Positions 10,450 through 20,732 of a DNA stretch of 64,000 nt are shown one piece after another. Source of the DNA: an uncultured delta proteobacterium. GTDB taxonomy: Bacteria; Desulfobacterota; RBG-13-43-22. How positions within the stretch are numbered: the stretch's first letter is position 1; the number at the start of each line of letters is the position of its first letter. Made by a program: the position numbers and the translations under genes. Below the pieces are notes generated by a model. That model was given only the letters and a program-made list of their open reading frames with translations, searched no databases and had not been told where the DNA came from. The stretch is from assembly GCA_963843145.1 (NCBI GenBank), contig CAWJJC010000020.1, positions 224,001 through 288,000 on the forward strand, read 5' to 3'.

Positions 10450-10731
10450 TCAGGGCACCACTTCCACTCCTTTCCCGAAGGCCACATAATTCCTGATTTG
10501 TCGGGCCGCTTTTTTAGGATCAGGATAATACCAGGCGGCATCCGGGTTAATTTCTCCGGCCACCACCAGATCGTAATAGCCGGCCTCTCCTTTCCAAGGG
10601 CATGTGGTCCGGGTACCGCTTTCCCGCAGATAATCCTTTTTCACCGAATGGGGAGGGAAGTAGTGTCTCCCCTCTATGACCAGGGTCTCCTGGCTCTCGG
10701 CCAGCAGGGTATTTTTCCATTGGGCCTTCAT
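10450..10731 (-). CDS. DUF427 domain protein
   Basis: EGRHYFP, TTCPWKGEAGYY, AAWYYPDP motifs. Confidence 0.92.
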   Translation of the reverse strand: MKAQWKNTLLAESQETLVIEGRHYFPPHSVKKDYLRESGTRTTCPWKGEAGYYDLVVAGEINPDAAWYYPDPKKAARQIRNYVAFGKGVEVVP

Positions 10732-10815
10732 CGCTTAATGGGTGCCCCCCCTCATGATCAGGTCAATTGTGACAGTTGTCGGGTCGGTGGTCAAAGCCAC
10801 TATATTCCAGGTTAG

Positions 10816-10856
10816 ATCCAGACCGACTCGGTTTTCGAAACCGAGTCGGTCTGGAT
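10816..10856. repeat. Perfect 19-bp inverted repeat (3-nt loop)
   Basis: ATCCAGACCGACTCGGTTT-TCG-AAACCGAGTCGGTCTGGAT. Confidence 0.9.
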
Positions 10857-11120
10857 GCCTTCGGCTTAATATTATCAGATACTAAGGCTTCCAACCAGGA
10901 TAATTACGGTATCGATTTAACCTGCTTATTTCGGCCCCCTTACCCTTGACTGATTAGGCCAAAACCCCTTACTTAATTCTGCTTTTTCTCCTTGCTCCTT
11001 TATTGCGCCTATTCTATACTCGGCACATTCCATTGGAAACGACGGCCTGTAGTGCCTTGATCAAAAAACCTGTGGGGAAGGAAACCTATTCTCGGGGCAT
11101 TTAAACGTAAAGAGGCGATA

Positions 11121-12166
11121 ATGAGCGAAGGAATGGGGCGTAGAGAGTTTCTCAAATTTTCCAGGGCCACCGCGGCGCACTGCTCGCGACCGGGAAGGCC
11201 CTGAAAGGAGGCCCGATGGCCCAGGAGATCGGAAAAATAATCGAGGTGGACAAACTGACGATCTGGGTACTGACCGACAACTATTTCGACACGTTGCGAC
11301 CGGACAACAAAATTACCAGGCGCTACCGGGTGGTGCCCGGAAAATCGATCCACGCCGAACACGGCCTGGCCTATTACCTGGAAACGGTCGTCGATGGAAA
11401 GGCGAACGCCTGCATGTTCGACTACGGGCTCGACCCGGTCGGAGTGATGAACAATATCGCACTTCTTGGACTGGATGTGGGGAAAACCCGGGCCTTCGGG
11501 CTGAGCCACGGCCATTTCGATCATTTCATGGCCGCCATCGAAATCCTGAAGAGCAACCAGGCGCGGATCGCCAAAGGGACTCCCTTCTACGTGGGCGATG
11601 AGACCTTTTACCGAAGATATTTACTTCGGCCCGAAGGCGGCGAGGCGATGGATATCGGCCAATTGAAAAAAGAGGACATCGAAGCCCTGGGGCTCAAGGT
11701 GGTGGAAGTCAAATCCTCGACCCAGATTATTCCGGGAGCTTATTTCACCGGCAACATCGAACGGGTCACGGACTATGAAAAAGTCCCACCGAGTCTGCTG
11801 ATCAAACGGGGTGAACAACCGGAACCCGACGACTTTCGCGGAGAACAGGCTTTCTTCTTCAAGCTGAAAGGAAAAGGACTGGTAATCCTTTCCGGCTGCG
11901 CCCATGCCGGCATCGTCAACACGGTCAAACACGCTCAGAAAATTTCCAGCAGCGAAAAAATCCACGCTGTCCTGGGAGGGTTTCACCTCATTAACGCCAA
12001 ACCGGAAATCATTCAAAAAACCGTGGCCGACATCAAGGCCCTGAAACCGGACTATGTGGTACCCACTCACTGCACGGGCTTTGAAGCCATCGTGGCCTTC
12101 AAACAGGAAATGCCCGAAGAATTTATTATCAACACGGCCGGGACACAATATTCTTTCGTGGCCTAA
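11121..12166 (+). CDS. MBL-fold metallo-hydrolase with Tat signal peptide separated by a 1-nt frameshift (~11165-11175)
   Basis: AEHGL, LSHGHFDH, SGCAHAG, GGFHL and HCTG motifs. ATG 11121 gives MSEGMGRREFLKFS and lies 95 nt (not 96) before ATG 11216, whose frame reads GALLATGKALKGGPMAQE upstream. Confidence 0.85.
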
Positions 12167-12395
12167 GCAGAACCTTCGGGACCAAGGCGCAAAGGATTCT
12201 GATTTGAGTTCTCGGCGGCGGTGTTCAAAAAGGAAGTCTCTAGGCAGCTTGCATCCACACCTTCGCGACCGGACGTTGTGGGCTTCGAGAGCAGGTCGCT
12301 CTAAAGAAAGGAGAAGGAAATGCATGCCCATACCACCAGACTCATCGCGTCGCTGGTCCTGGCGCTTTTCTGCCTTTAATTTTAAAATAATTGGC

Positions 12396-12465
12396 GCTTC
12401 GCCCTTTTGGGTGGGTACCCCCCGGATCCGGTCTGGCCGTGGGGTCTCGGCGAATTGGTTTTCCA
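12396..12465 (+). repeat. Dispersed repeat family A, copy 1 (partial)
   Basis: GCTTCGCCCTTTTGGGTGGGTACCCCCC..GGTCTGGCCGTGGGGTCTCGG..GTTTTCCA, matching the other copies. Confidence 0.85.
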
Positions 12466-12684
12466 GAAGAATTCTCCTATTTCTAGAAAATCAAAGGGAT
12501 CGGACCAAAATTTCAAAAAAGAGTAAGAATGAAGGTCACATTTATTGGATTAGGAAGAGAAGATTTTTCAGCGATTTATAAGTCCTTAAGCAAGTACCAG
12601 AACAAGCCCTGACCAACTCAGGATTGGGACCTTCCTGAAAGGGCATAAAAATCCGTTGTCAAGAATCGCGGAAGGAGAACCAAA

Positions 12685-12963
12685 ATGGCCAAAGATCCAG
12701 AGATCGGATATCGAGTAGCAGCTACCATCACCGGGGTAAAGGGAAAATGCAATGCGGCCCATCAGGTGGGAGAAAATTTTGAAATCAGTTGTCATAATCC
12801 CGGTGGGTTGTGCGGCTTCTTCTATCATGACCTCTTTCCCAACTTGATGACCTTTCAGTTTGGGGGGAAGCTCCCCTGGTGGGAAGGCGACACCATAGAA
12901 GTGCAATGCCCCGATCCGTACAACCTCGTGACCATGAAGCTGGAACGATCAAAGCGAGCCTGA
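12685..12963 (+). CDS. TIGR04076 family Cys-containing protein
   Basis: VKGKC..HQVG..GLC...CPDP pattern. Confidence 0.8.
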   Translation: MAKDPEIGYRVAATITGVKGKCNAAHQVGENFEISCHNPGGLCGFFYHDLFPNLMTFQFGGKLPWWEGDTIEVQCPDPYNLVTMKLERSKRA

Positions 12964-12987
12964 TAACAATTTCATAAGGAGCCGGCG

Positions 12988-13572
12988 ATGGATAAAAAGC
13001 CCCTGGGGGCCGGTAATAGCAGTTTCGATCTGATCGACCCCGAACTATTTTTCTCTGCCTTGGGCCTCCAGGAAGATACCCTTTTTCTTGATGCCGCCTG
13101 CGGCCGCGGGGCTTACTCGCTGGCGGCCGCACAATATGTCGGGCCGGCGGGCCGGATTTATGCCTTCGACCTTTGGGAGGAAGGAATCGAAGCGCTACAA
13201 AAGGATATCCACTACAAAAGAGGAACTCCTATTGTCGCCCAGGTAGTCGATGTCAGCCGACAGATCCCGCTGGAAGATCAATCCGTTGATGTCTGCCTGC
13301 TGGCTACGGTCTTACACGATCTTATTCAAGACCGGACGGAAACGGGCGCCCTAAGAGAGATCGGGCGCGTTTTAAAACCACGGGGGACCTTGGCCGTCAT
13401 CGAGTTCAAAAAGATCGAGGGGCCACCCGGGCCGCCGATCCGAATTCGGATCGCTCCGGAAGAGGTGGAAGAACGGCTTCAGCCCCATTCTTTCAGCCTC
13501 CTCCGGGTGTTGGACCTTGGCCCGTTCAACTACCTGGCTCTTTTTAAGCGAAAAGAAATTTCGACAGGTTGA
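12988..13572 (+). CDS. Class I SAM-dependent methyltransferase
   Basis: LDAACGRG motif I, VLHDL, RVLKPRG, GPP..IR. Confidence 0.9.
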   Translation: MDKKPLGAGNSSFDLIDPELFFSALGLQEDTLFLDAACGRGAYSLAAAQYVGPAGRIYAFDLWEEGIEALQKDIHYKRGTPIVAQVVDVSRQIPLEDQSVDVCLLATVLHDLIQDRTETGALREIGRVLKPRGTLAVIEFKKIEGPPGPPIRIRIAPEEVEERLQPHSFSLLRVLDLGPFNYLALFKRKEISTG

Positions 13573-13606
13573 ATTTTCATAAAGCCTGCAACCGGGGAGA
13601 GGCACC

Positions 13607-15033
13607 ATGAACATTGCCGTGGTCGGGGGAGGAACGCGCTGCCTGAAATTGATCGAGTTGGTCGAAACCTACCGTTCCAGGAAATAACACCCAAAATCGT
13701 GGCGGTGGCCGATATTCAAGACGAGGCCCCCGGCCTCGTTAAAGCCCAGGAAATAGGCCTCTATGTGACCAACGATTATCACGACTTTTTCAATAGAGAT
13801 GACCTGGATTTGATCATGGAACTGACGGGCGATATGGATATTTTCAACGATATCCTGACCCAAAAAAGATCGTCCGTCCGTCTCATCGGCCATTCTTCCG
13901 CGGTGTTTCTCTGGGAAATTGCGCGCGCCTACGCCATACAGGAGGAAACCAACCAGAAGCTCAGGGAAACCATGGCCAAGTATGATGTGATTACCAATGA
14001 ATTCATCCATGAAAATGTCATGGTCATTGGACCGGATTACCGGATTTTGGATGCCAACGAAAGCCTGCTGAATAGTTTTAACATCCGGCGGGATCAGGCC
14101 GTCGGCCAACCTTGTTATACCGTTACGCGCTTCAGAGAAAGCCCCTGCACCGAAAAGGACACCCCTTGCCCGTTGGCCATGGCCCTCGAAACCCGGAAAC
14201 CGTCCCAGGTCACTTATACCCTTCAGGACGAGGAAAACAAGCCTCGCTATTATGCCGTTTCCTGTTATCCGCTTTTTGAAAATGAAAAACTGGTTCGGGT
14301 GATCCATATTTCCCGAGAAATCACCAAGGATATCAATTTTCAGAAAGCCATGATGCAACAGGAAAAGCTGGCCTCCATCGGTCGCCTCTCCGCCGGGGTG
14401 GCCCACGAAATCAACAATCCCCTGACCACGATTTTAACCTCGGCGATGCTGATTCAGGAGGAAATGGACTCGGATAATCCCCTCTATCAGGACATGAAGA
14501 CCATTTCCGACGAGGCGCTCCGCTGCCGGCGTATTGTGGCCAGTCTCCTGAATTTTGCCCGGCAGACCATGCCGTCCAAACGGTCGAATGACCTGAATGA
14601 AATCGTCAAGGACAGCTTTATGCTGACCAAAAAGCAGGCGACCTTTCAGGACATCACGATCAACCTTGGTCTGGCCCAGGACTTGCCCCAAATCAATGTG
14701 GACAAGGACCAGATTCAGCAGTGTCTGATTAACTTGACGCTGAATGCCATAGAAGCCACGGAAGCCGGTGGGCAGATCACGCTGACCACCCGAGGGGACG
14801 CCGGAGCGGACACCCTTGAAATTGCGGTGTCCGACACCGGAAGGGGCATCCCGTCTGAAAATATGAACAAGATTTTCGACCCTTTCTTTACAACCACCAA
14901 GGGCGGGACCGGTCTGGGGCTGGCCGTAACCCATGGTATTATCGAACACCACGGCGGCACCATTCAGGTGGAAAGCACCCTGGGGCAGGGGACCTGCTTT
15001 ACGATTCGATTGCCGCTCGAAAAGGAACCATGA
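13607..15033 (+). CDS. PAS sensor histidine kinase with N-terminal Rossmann-like domain; 1-nt frameshift near 13676
   Basis: ATG 13607 (GGAGAGG SD) gives MNIAVVGGGTRC and continues one base out of frame into QEITPKIVAVAD. AHEINNPL H-box; DTGRGI and GTGLGL. Confidence 0.88.
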
Positions 15034-15034
15034 G

Positions 15035-16474
15035 ATGCCCGCCGTTCCCCCACCCCGCATTCTGATTATCGACGATGAGCCGACCATTTGCCGTAATGGC
15101 CTAAAGATATTATCCAAATTGAACTGTGAGGCGGCCTGCGCGCTCAGTGGCTTCGACGGGTTGCGGCTGATGGCTGAAAAACCGTTCGACGTGGTGGTCA
15201 CGGACTTGAAGATGCAGGCTCTAGGGGGCATGGAGGTCCTTCGGCGGATCAAGGAGGCCTATCCGCAAACCATGGTGATCGTCATGACCGGATATGCCAG
15301 CATTTCTTCGGCCGTGGAGGTCATGAAACTGGGCGCCCTGGACTATCTGCCCAAGCCCTTTACCCCGGAAGAGTTCCGCGCCGCGGTGCTTCAGGCCCTG
15401 GAAGAAAAAACACGGCTCGAAAAAAACAGGGAATGGATGGACTTGAAGCGGACGCCGCAGGCCACGGTCCACCAGCTTATCGGAACCAGTCCGAAAATCA
15501 AACAGGTCATCCGGATGATTGAGAAGGTGGCGCCCACGGACTCCACCGTCTTGATCTATGGGGAAAGCGGAACCGGAAAGGAGCTGGTGGCCCGGGCCAT
15601 TTACGCCAACAGCCGGCAGAAGGACGGCCCCTTCTTTGCAATCGATTGCGGAACCCTGTCGAGCAGCCTCTTGGAAAGCGAGCTGTTTGGACATACCCGG
15701 GGGGCTTTCACCGGAGCCCATAAGGACAAGGAGGGCATTTTCAAGCTGGCCCAGGGGGGAACCGTATTTCTCGATGAGATCGGAAATATCAGCCTGGAAA
15801 TTCAAAGCAAGCTGCTGCGGGTCCTGGAGACGAGGGAATTCTTACCCGTCGGCGCTGTCAAGACGGTCAAGGTGAACATCCGGCTGATTCTGGCCACCAA
15901 TCAAAATTTAGAGGAACGGGTGGCGGTAGGCTCCTTTCGGGAAGATTTTTATTATCGCATTTATGTGGTTCCGATCATGATCCCTCCCTTACGGGACAGG
16001 GCCCTGGATATTCCGCCCATCGCCTATCATTTTCTGGCCCAATTCAACCAGACCATGGGCCGCCGGATCACCGGATTCAGTGCGGATGCCTTGAAACGCT
16101 TGACCGCCTTTGAATGGCCGGGGAATATCAGACAACTGCGCAACGTCGTCGAGCGGGCCGTCATCTCTTGTGAAGGCAACCTGATCACCATCAAGGATTT
16201 GCCCCTTTTGAGCGCCGGCGAGGACCGGGAGGCGACGGCCGAATCGGTCCCGGCCACCAATGAGGATTTCAAGCGTTGCAAAAAAGACATTCGAAAAAAG
16301 GCCGTGAACCGTATGGAGAGGGAATTCGTTTTGAACGCGCTCAGCAGAAACGACTGGAACGTAACCCGGGCGGCCAGGCAGGTCGGGTTGCAGCGGACCA
16401 ACTTCCAGGGACTCATGAAGAAACATGACCTCAGGTTGCCGGGAACCCACCGGGAGGATAAAAATGAAGCCTGA
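15035..16474 (+). CDS. Sigma54-dependent response regulator (NtrC/AtoC family)
   Basis: REC domain, GESGTGKE, ESELFGH..GAFTGA, WPGNIRQL and a Fis-type HTH; start at ATG 15035, just after the kinase stop. Confidence 0.95.
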   Translation: MPAVPPPRILIIDDEPTICRNGLKILSKLNCEAACALSGFDGLRLMAEKPFDVVVTDLKMQALGGMEVLRRIKEAYPQTMVIVMTGYASISSAVEVMKLGALDYLPKPFTPEEFRAAVLQALEEKTRLEKNREWMDLKRTPQATVHQLIGTSPKIKQVIRMIEKVAPTDSTVLIYGESGTGKELVARAIYANSRQKDGPFFAIDCGTLSSSLLESELFGHTRGAFTGAHKDKEGIFKLAQGGTVFLDEIGNISLEIQSKLLRVLETREFLPVGAVKTVKVNIRLILATNQNLEERVAVGSFREDFYYRIYVVPIMIPPLRDRALDIPPIAYHFLAQFNQTMGRRITGFSADALKRLTAFEWPGNIRQLRNVVERAVISCEGNLITIKDLPLLSAGEDREATAESVPATNEDFKRCKKDIRKKAVNRMEREFVLNALSRNDWNVTRAARQVGLQRTNFQGLMKKHDLRLPGTHREDKNEA

Positions 16475-16580
16475 GAAAAAAGAATACACTGTATATTTAT
16501 TTTATACTATTCGACTGGGCCGCGCCCCCTTGAGCTAAAAAATATATAATGATTTCAATTAGTTTTTTTCAAGTGGCCAT

Positions 16581-16596
16581 TGGCACATATTTTGAT
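16581..16596 (+). promoter_or_regulatory. Putative sigma54 (-24/-12) promoter
   Basis: TGGCAC-ATATT-TTGAT has correct spacing but GA instead of GC at -12; it follows a sigma54 activator gene. Confidence 0.5.
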
Positions 16597-16653
16597 TATA
16601 AGTTTCATTGTTGAAGCCAATTGACGGAAACTTTTAAGATGAAGGGAGTGGCC

Positions 16654-17923
16654 ATGAAGAGAACCGCGAGGATTATGATTGTCGATGACGAACAGCCTAT
16701 CTGTCAAAATGTCGTCAAGATTCTGGAGAATCAAGATTACGAGGTCGTTCAGGCCGCGAGCGCGGAGGAAGCCCTGAAAAAAATGGCCGAGCAATCGTTT
16801 TCTTTGCTGATTTCCGACATCGTCATGCCGGGAATGAATGGGCTGGAGCTCCTCAAGCTCGTCAAAAATCAATGGCCGCTGACCAAAGCCGTCATGATTA
16901 CCGGTTATGCCTCCACGGATACGGCGGCCAAAGCCATTCGGTTGGGCGCCCTCGATTACCTCCCCAAGCCGTTTACCCCGGCCGAATTGCGAGAGATGGT
17001 CGAACTGGCCCTGGAAGAAAAGCTGGTGGTAGCGTCGTTTCCGGATGCGGAAAGGCAGGCCCTGGCTGCGAAGGGAACTAGACCCCTTCCGGCACGATCG
17101 ATTATCGATGTGGATATGCCCTTTGATCGGGCGGAGGTCGAGGAGGCCGTCGGCGAATCGTATGCCCGGGCGCTCGGCCCTTCGGATCGGCCGATAGTCG
17201 AACAACCGGTCCCGGAAACGCTGGAGAGCTATTGCTCGGTGGGGAATATCTTCTGTGACCTGTTCAAAAAAATCGACGCCACCTGCAAAGTCGGGAGGAA
17301 AAGCGGCGAGTGCCCCAAGAAAAAGGCCCAGGAGAAAAAGGGCGTCCGGGGAAGGGAAGGCCTTCGAGGCCCGAGAACTCATTGGGATCGACATCCCCTT
17401 CAACTACCGGGAAGTGGTTTCGGTTACCGGACCGGAATATGTCACCTACCTGAACCGCGATGGAATGTCGTTCATTCCTTATGAAGAATTGAAAAGGCGG
17501 CTGACCTCGCCCGGGCAGGCGGAAGCCGACCTGCCCGAGGTTCCAAAAACGCCGGCCTCCAAAACCATACTGGTGATCGATGATGAACCCGCGGTCAACA
17601 ACAATATCCGAAAAATTCTCCGGAAAAATGGATATGCCGTGGATCAGGCCTTGACCAAACAGGAAGCGCTGAAACAGATCGAAGGAGGATCCTATCCAGT
17701 GATCCTGCTCGACCTGAAAATCCCGGGGGTAAACGGCCTGGAGCTTTTAGGGGCTATCCGCCAAAAAAGCCCAGACAGTCGGGTGATCATAATTACCGGG
17801 TACGCCACCATTGAAACGGCCAAGGAAACCGCGCGTCTGGGGGCCGTCGATTACCTGGCCAAACCCTTTACTCCCGAGGAAATCCGAAGGTCGACGGAAA
17901 CGGCCTTTCGGTATGCCGCCTAA
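16654..17923 (+). CDS. Double-receiver protein (REC - repeat/4-Cys linker - REC); +1 frameshift at ~17341
   Basis: Two REC domains in ORFs 16621-17484 and 17255-17923 join if one G at 17341 is removed (KKAQEKK|ASGEGKAF). Confidence 0.8.
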
Positions 17924-17960
17924 TCAGCGTTTGGGGCTGCTTTAAGTAAAATTTGTAAGT

Positions 17961-18060
17961 TAGGCCCCGATGCGGAGTCCGGAGTACCTTTGGAAAACTC
18001 TTTTGCCGAGACCCGACGGCCGTGCCAGATCTGGGGGGTTCCCACCTAAAAGGGCGAAGC
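17961..18060 (-). repeat. Dispersed repeat family A, copy 2
   Basis: Reverse complement reads GCTTCGCCCTTTTAGGTGGGAACCCCCCAGATCTGGCACGGCCGTCGGGTCTCGGCAAAAGAGTTTTCCAAAGGTACTCCGGACTCCGCATCGGGGCCTA. Confidence 0.88.
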
Positions 18061-18086
18061 GTCTAAAATTCAGAGGAGGAAATTTC

Positions 18087-18398
18087 GTGAAAGTCTTGTT
18101 CATTATTTCGACCGACGACGGCGAAACCATTTTCAACGCCATGCGATTGGCCAATGTGGGCGTTGAAAAGGGCGATGAGGTGAGTGTTTTTATGCTGGGG
18201 AAGGGGGTACTGTTCGAGAAAAGCGGCAACGAACAATTCAACGTCATGGCCCAGATGGAAAAATTTGAGGGCGATTTCTATGTCTGAGGAGTCTGCCTGA
18301 AATCCCACGGTCTGGTGGGATCGAGCACTTGCCCCATTGCCTGGATGGATGATCTCTATACCCTGGCCATGGAGGCCGATAAAGTTATGACCTTTTAA
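18087..18398 (+). CDS. DsrE/DsrF-like family selenoprotein (UxxC; UGA 18285-18287 = Sec67)
   Basis: GAGGAGG SD and GTG start. The frame continues through TGA as FYV-U-GVCLKSHG..STCPIAWMDDLYTLAMEADKVMTF*, a typical DsrE C-terminus. A SECIS-like hairpin lies downstream. Confidence 0.88.
18302..18321 (+). promoter_or_regulatory. Putative bacterial SECIS for the DsrE gene
   Basis: AUCCCAC-GGUCUG-GUGGGAU, a 7-bp stem starting 14 nt after UGA. Confidence 0.75.
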
Positions 18399-18625
18399 AA
18401 CACGGTCGAAAGAAAAGGGCTGGGTATTTCAGGTGTGGAACGTCTGCCGCCTTTCTTCGGGCAACGACGCCTTAAGGTTTTACTCCGTCTGGGCGTCGTT
18501 TTCCCAGACAAATTATGTAGTCCGCCCATTTTTTTCCTTGACATCCCTGAAATCCTTTTCCTAAAATAGAGGTCAACTCTAACGAGAAAAATTTCATTTT
18601 TCAGATCCCCTTCACACGCCACCGG

Positions 18626-18982
18626 GTGAGACGGCGCGTCGTAGTGTTGGATCACCCCATCGGCAATCTGGAGCGCTGCCGAGAATGCAACGCCGAATGC
18701 TGCCGCTCGTTTCCCGCCGTAAACATTACCTGGACTGAATACAACAAACTGAGGGAACTGGGCGCCACCCGCCTTTCATTTTCCCTATCCGGCCGTTGCA
18801 AGCTGATCATCGAAAACGGCTGTGAATTCCTTTTGAATGGCCGGTGTTCCATTTATGAAGATCGGCCGGACATCTGCAGACGCTTCCTCTGCGCGGATTA
18901 TCTGCCCGGAGAGAAAAGGTCCTTTTTCCCGCACTGGCCGATCCGCCACCGTGAACCCAGACCGTTAATAACCGTCCCATAA
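18626..18982 (+). CDS. YkgJ family Cys-cluster (Fe-S/Zn) protein
   Basis: CRECNAECC ... CEFL..GRCSIYEDRPDICRRF; start codon uncertain. Confidence 0.8.
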   Translation: MRRRVVVLDHPIGNLERCRECNAECCRSFPAVNITWTEYNKLRELGATRLSFSLSGRCKLIIENGCEFLLNGRCSIYEDRPDICRRFLCADYLPGEKRSFFPHWPIRHREPRPLITVP

Positions 18983-19002
18983 AAGTGTTTACCTGGGGTG
19001 TT

Positions 19003-19123
19003 CTTTTTATCTCTCGCCCGCTGCGCTCGAGTTCGCAGAGGATACAGAGAAAGATAAATTGATTTTTTGAAAAATCGCTGAAATGCCGATTTTTCAAAAG
19101 AACTCACGCCTCCGGCGGGGTCT
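19003..19123 (+). repeat. Dispersed repeat family B, copy 1
   Basis: ~120 bp that match the reverse complement of 53854-53973 and contain internal hairpins (AAAAATCG..CGATTTTT). Confidence 0.88.
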
Positions 19124-19131
19124 TATCCGCT

Positions 19132-20595
19132 TTAATCGTACACTATTTCCCATTTCCAATCGAAAGGGGCGTCTTCGGGTGTAAACCGCAACGATCGCGT
19201 GGGGCCTGTGCCCGGCGCCCGTCCCTCCCCCAGAAGCCACAAACGCAAATCGATGGTCGGGATCGTCTGCTCCTGGGAGGAGGCGCGCTCCTGCCAGATC
19301 TCTTTCTCTTCGATCACTTTCCACAAGGAACCGTTCTCCTTAAAACGGATCCGCTCCCCCACGTGCGGCAGCCCCAACCGTTCCCGGATGTCGCGAAACC
19401 GAAAGGCCGGACGCTTCCCTTCCGCCAAAATCCGTTCCCCCAGCCACTTGATCCCCATGGCCCCCAAAGGGGCAGTGATTACAATGGAGAGCACGGCCAC
19501 CGCCAGGATCACTTCGCCGCCGGGAACGCCGGCCATCAGGGGAATAGCCCCGATGGCCGCCTGGACCGTGGCCTTGGGGACATAGGCCACTACGGCAAAC
19601 AGCTTTTCCGCCCGGGTCAGGTCAGTAGCCAGCAGGGAAAGATAGACGCCCAGGCTGCGAAAGACCAAGGCGCCCCCGATGACCAGGGTGCCGGCCAACC
19701 CCGCCTTCCAGGCCACCTGGATATTGACCTGGGCCCCCACCAACACAAAGAGCAGCAGTTCGGCCACCACCCAGAGGTTCTTGAGCTTCCGGGAAATCAG
19801 ATGGGCGATGGCCTCTTCCTTTTCCAGGATAATGAACCCGATGGCCATGACCGCCAGCAGGCCCGACAACGGCACCAAGCCATGCAGGACCTTTTCCAGC
19901 CAGACGATGCCGATGGCCGTGCCCAAAACGATGATGGTCCGACGCGGCGGCCGGAGATCATAACGGCGGAACAGGCGGTAAAGGAAATAGCCCAGGATGA
20001 GACCGGCCAGGATTCCCAGGATGATGGATACGGGGATATTCCCCAACTGCCACCACCAGTGGGCCGAGCCGCCGCCGGACATGCCCAGCAGGATGGTAAA
20101 AATCACGATGACAAAGACGTCGTCAATGGAGGAGGCGGCCAAGAGCAGGGTCGGGATCCCTTTGTCCTCTCCTTTGCCTCTTTCCATGAAGTCAATCATC
20201 AGGGGAACGACGACGGCCGGGGAAACGGCCCCGAGAATACAACCCAGCAGGGCCGCCTCCAGGATCGAGAGGCCCAGCAGCGGGGGAGCCAGCAGAATCA
20301 CCCCGCCGATCTCGAACAGGGCCGGGACGCAACTCATGGTCAGGGCCGCCGCGCCCACCCGGTTGAGGGTGTCCCGGCGGAGTTCGAACCCGGCCCGGAG
20401 CAGGATCACGATCAGGGCCATGGATCGAAAATCCCCGGAAACCCGGAGCATATTCGGAGAGAGCCAGTTGAGGACATAAGGCCCCACCAGCACGCCGGCC
20501 AGCAGCATGCCGACCAAGCCCGGAAGGTTCAGACGGCGAAACAGGAAATCCGCCAGCAATCCCAATCCAATAATCAAAGCAAAACTTTCCGCCAT
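19132..20595 (-). CDS. Cation:proton antiporter (CPA1/NhaP-like) with extra C-terminal soluble domain
   Basis: Many TM helices, AVSPAVVVP, ASSIDDV and PKATVQAA motifs; ATG 20595 with GGAGG SD. Confidence 0.9.
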   Translation of the reverse strand: MAESFALIIGLGLLADFLFRRLNLPGLVGMLLAGVLVGPYVLNWLSPNMLRVSGDFRSMALIVILLRAGFELRRDTLNRVGAAALTMSCVPALFEIGGVILLAPPLLGLSILEAALLGCILGAVSPAVVVPLMIDFMERGKGEDKGIPTLLLAASSIDDVFVIVIFTILLGMSGGGSAHWWWQLGNIPVSIILGILAGLILGYFLYRLFRRYDLRPPRRTIIVLGTAIGIVWLEKVLHGLVPLSGLLAVMAIGFIILEKEEAIAHLISRKLKNLWVVAELLLFVLVGAQVNIQVAWKAGLAGTLVIGGALVFRSLGVYLSLLATDLTRAEKLFAVVAYVPKATVQAAIGAIPLMAGVPGGEVILAVAVLSIVITAPLGAMGIKWLGERILAEGKRPAFRFRDIRERLGLPHVGERIRFKENGSLWKVIEEKEIWQERASSQEQTIPTIDLRLWLLGEGRAPGTGPTRSLRFTPEDAPFDWKWEIVYD

Positions 20596-20635
20596 GGATC
20601 GCCTCCACACCTTTTAAGGAAAATAAAGAGCCCCT

Positions 20636-20670
20636 AAACAAGAAAACTCCTGCCACATAGTGACAGGAGT
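20636..20670 (-). terminator. Intrinsic terminator (expression platform of the fluoride riboswitch)
   Basis: ACUCCUGUCAC-UAU-GUGGCAGGAGU followed by UUUCUUGUUU; the 5' arm overlaps the aptamer 3' end. Confidence 0.85.
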
Positions 20671-20711
20671 CATTGGCCATAAACGGCAGTTACCGGGTGG
20701 ACTCCACCACC
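20663..20711 (-). ncRNA. Fluoride riboswitch (crcB motif)
   Basis: GGUGGUGGAGUCCACC-CGGU-AACUGCC-GUUUAU-GGCCAAUGACUCCUGU fits the GGnGAUGGnGUYCRCC..AACYGC..GCnRAUGACUCCUR consensus, with a GGAGU/ACUCC pseudoknot. Confidence 0.88.
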
Positions 20712-20732
20712 CTGGATAGTGCTAGCACAGCT

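Noticed and set aside
12320-12379. 19-aa ORF MHAHTTRLIASLVLALFCL with a good SD
   Set aside because: It looks like the signal-peptide stub of a lost gene next to repeat copy 1; there is no support for function.
17970-18086. N-terminal extension of the DsrE ORF given in the track
   Set aside because: It is mostly translated repeat A copy 2; the likely start is GTG 18087 after GAGGAGG.
19363-20637. Long antisense ORFs (424 aa here; also 27711-28682, 16555-17403, 14434-15252)
   Set aside because: They are shadow frames of GC3-rich genes on the opposite strand with no recognisable motifs.
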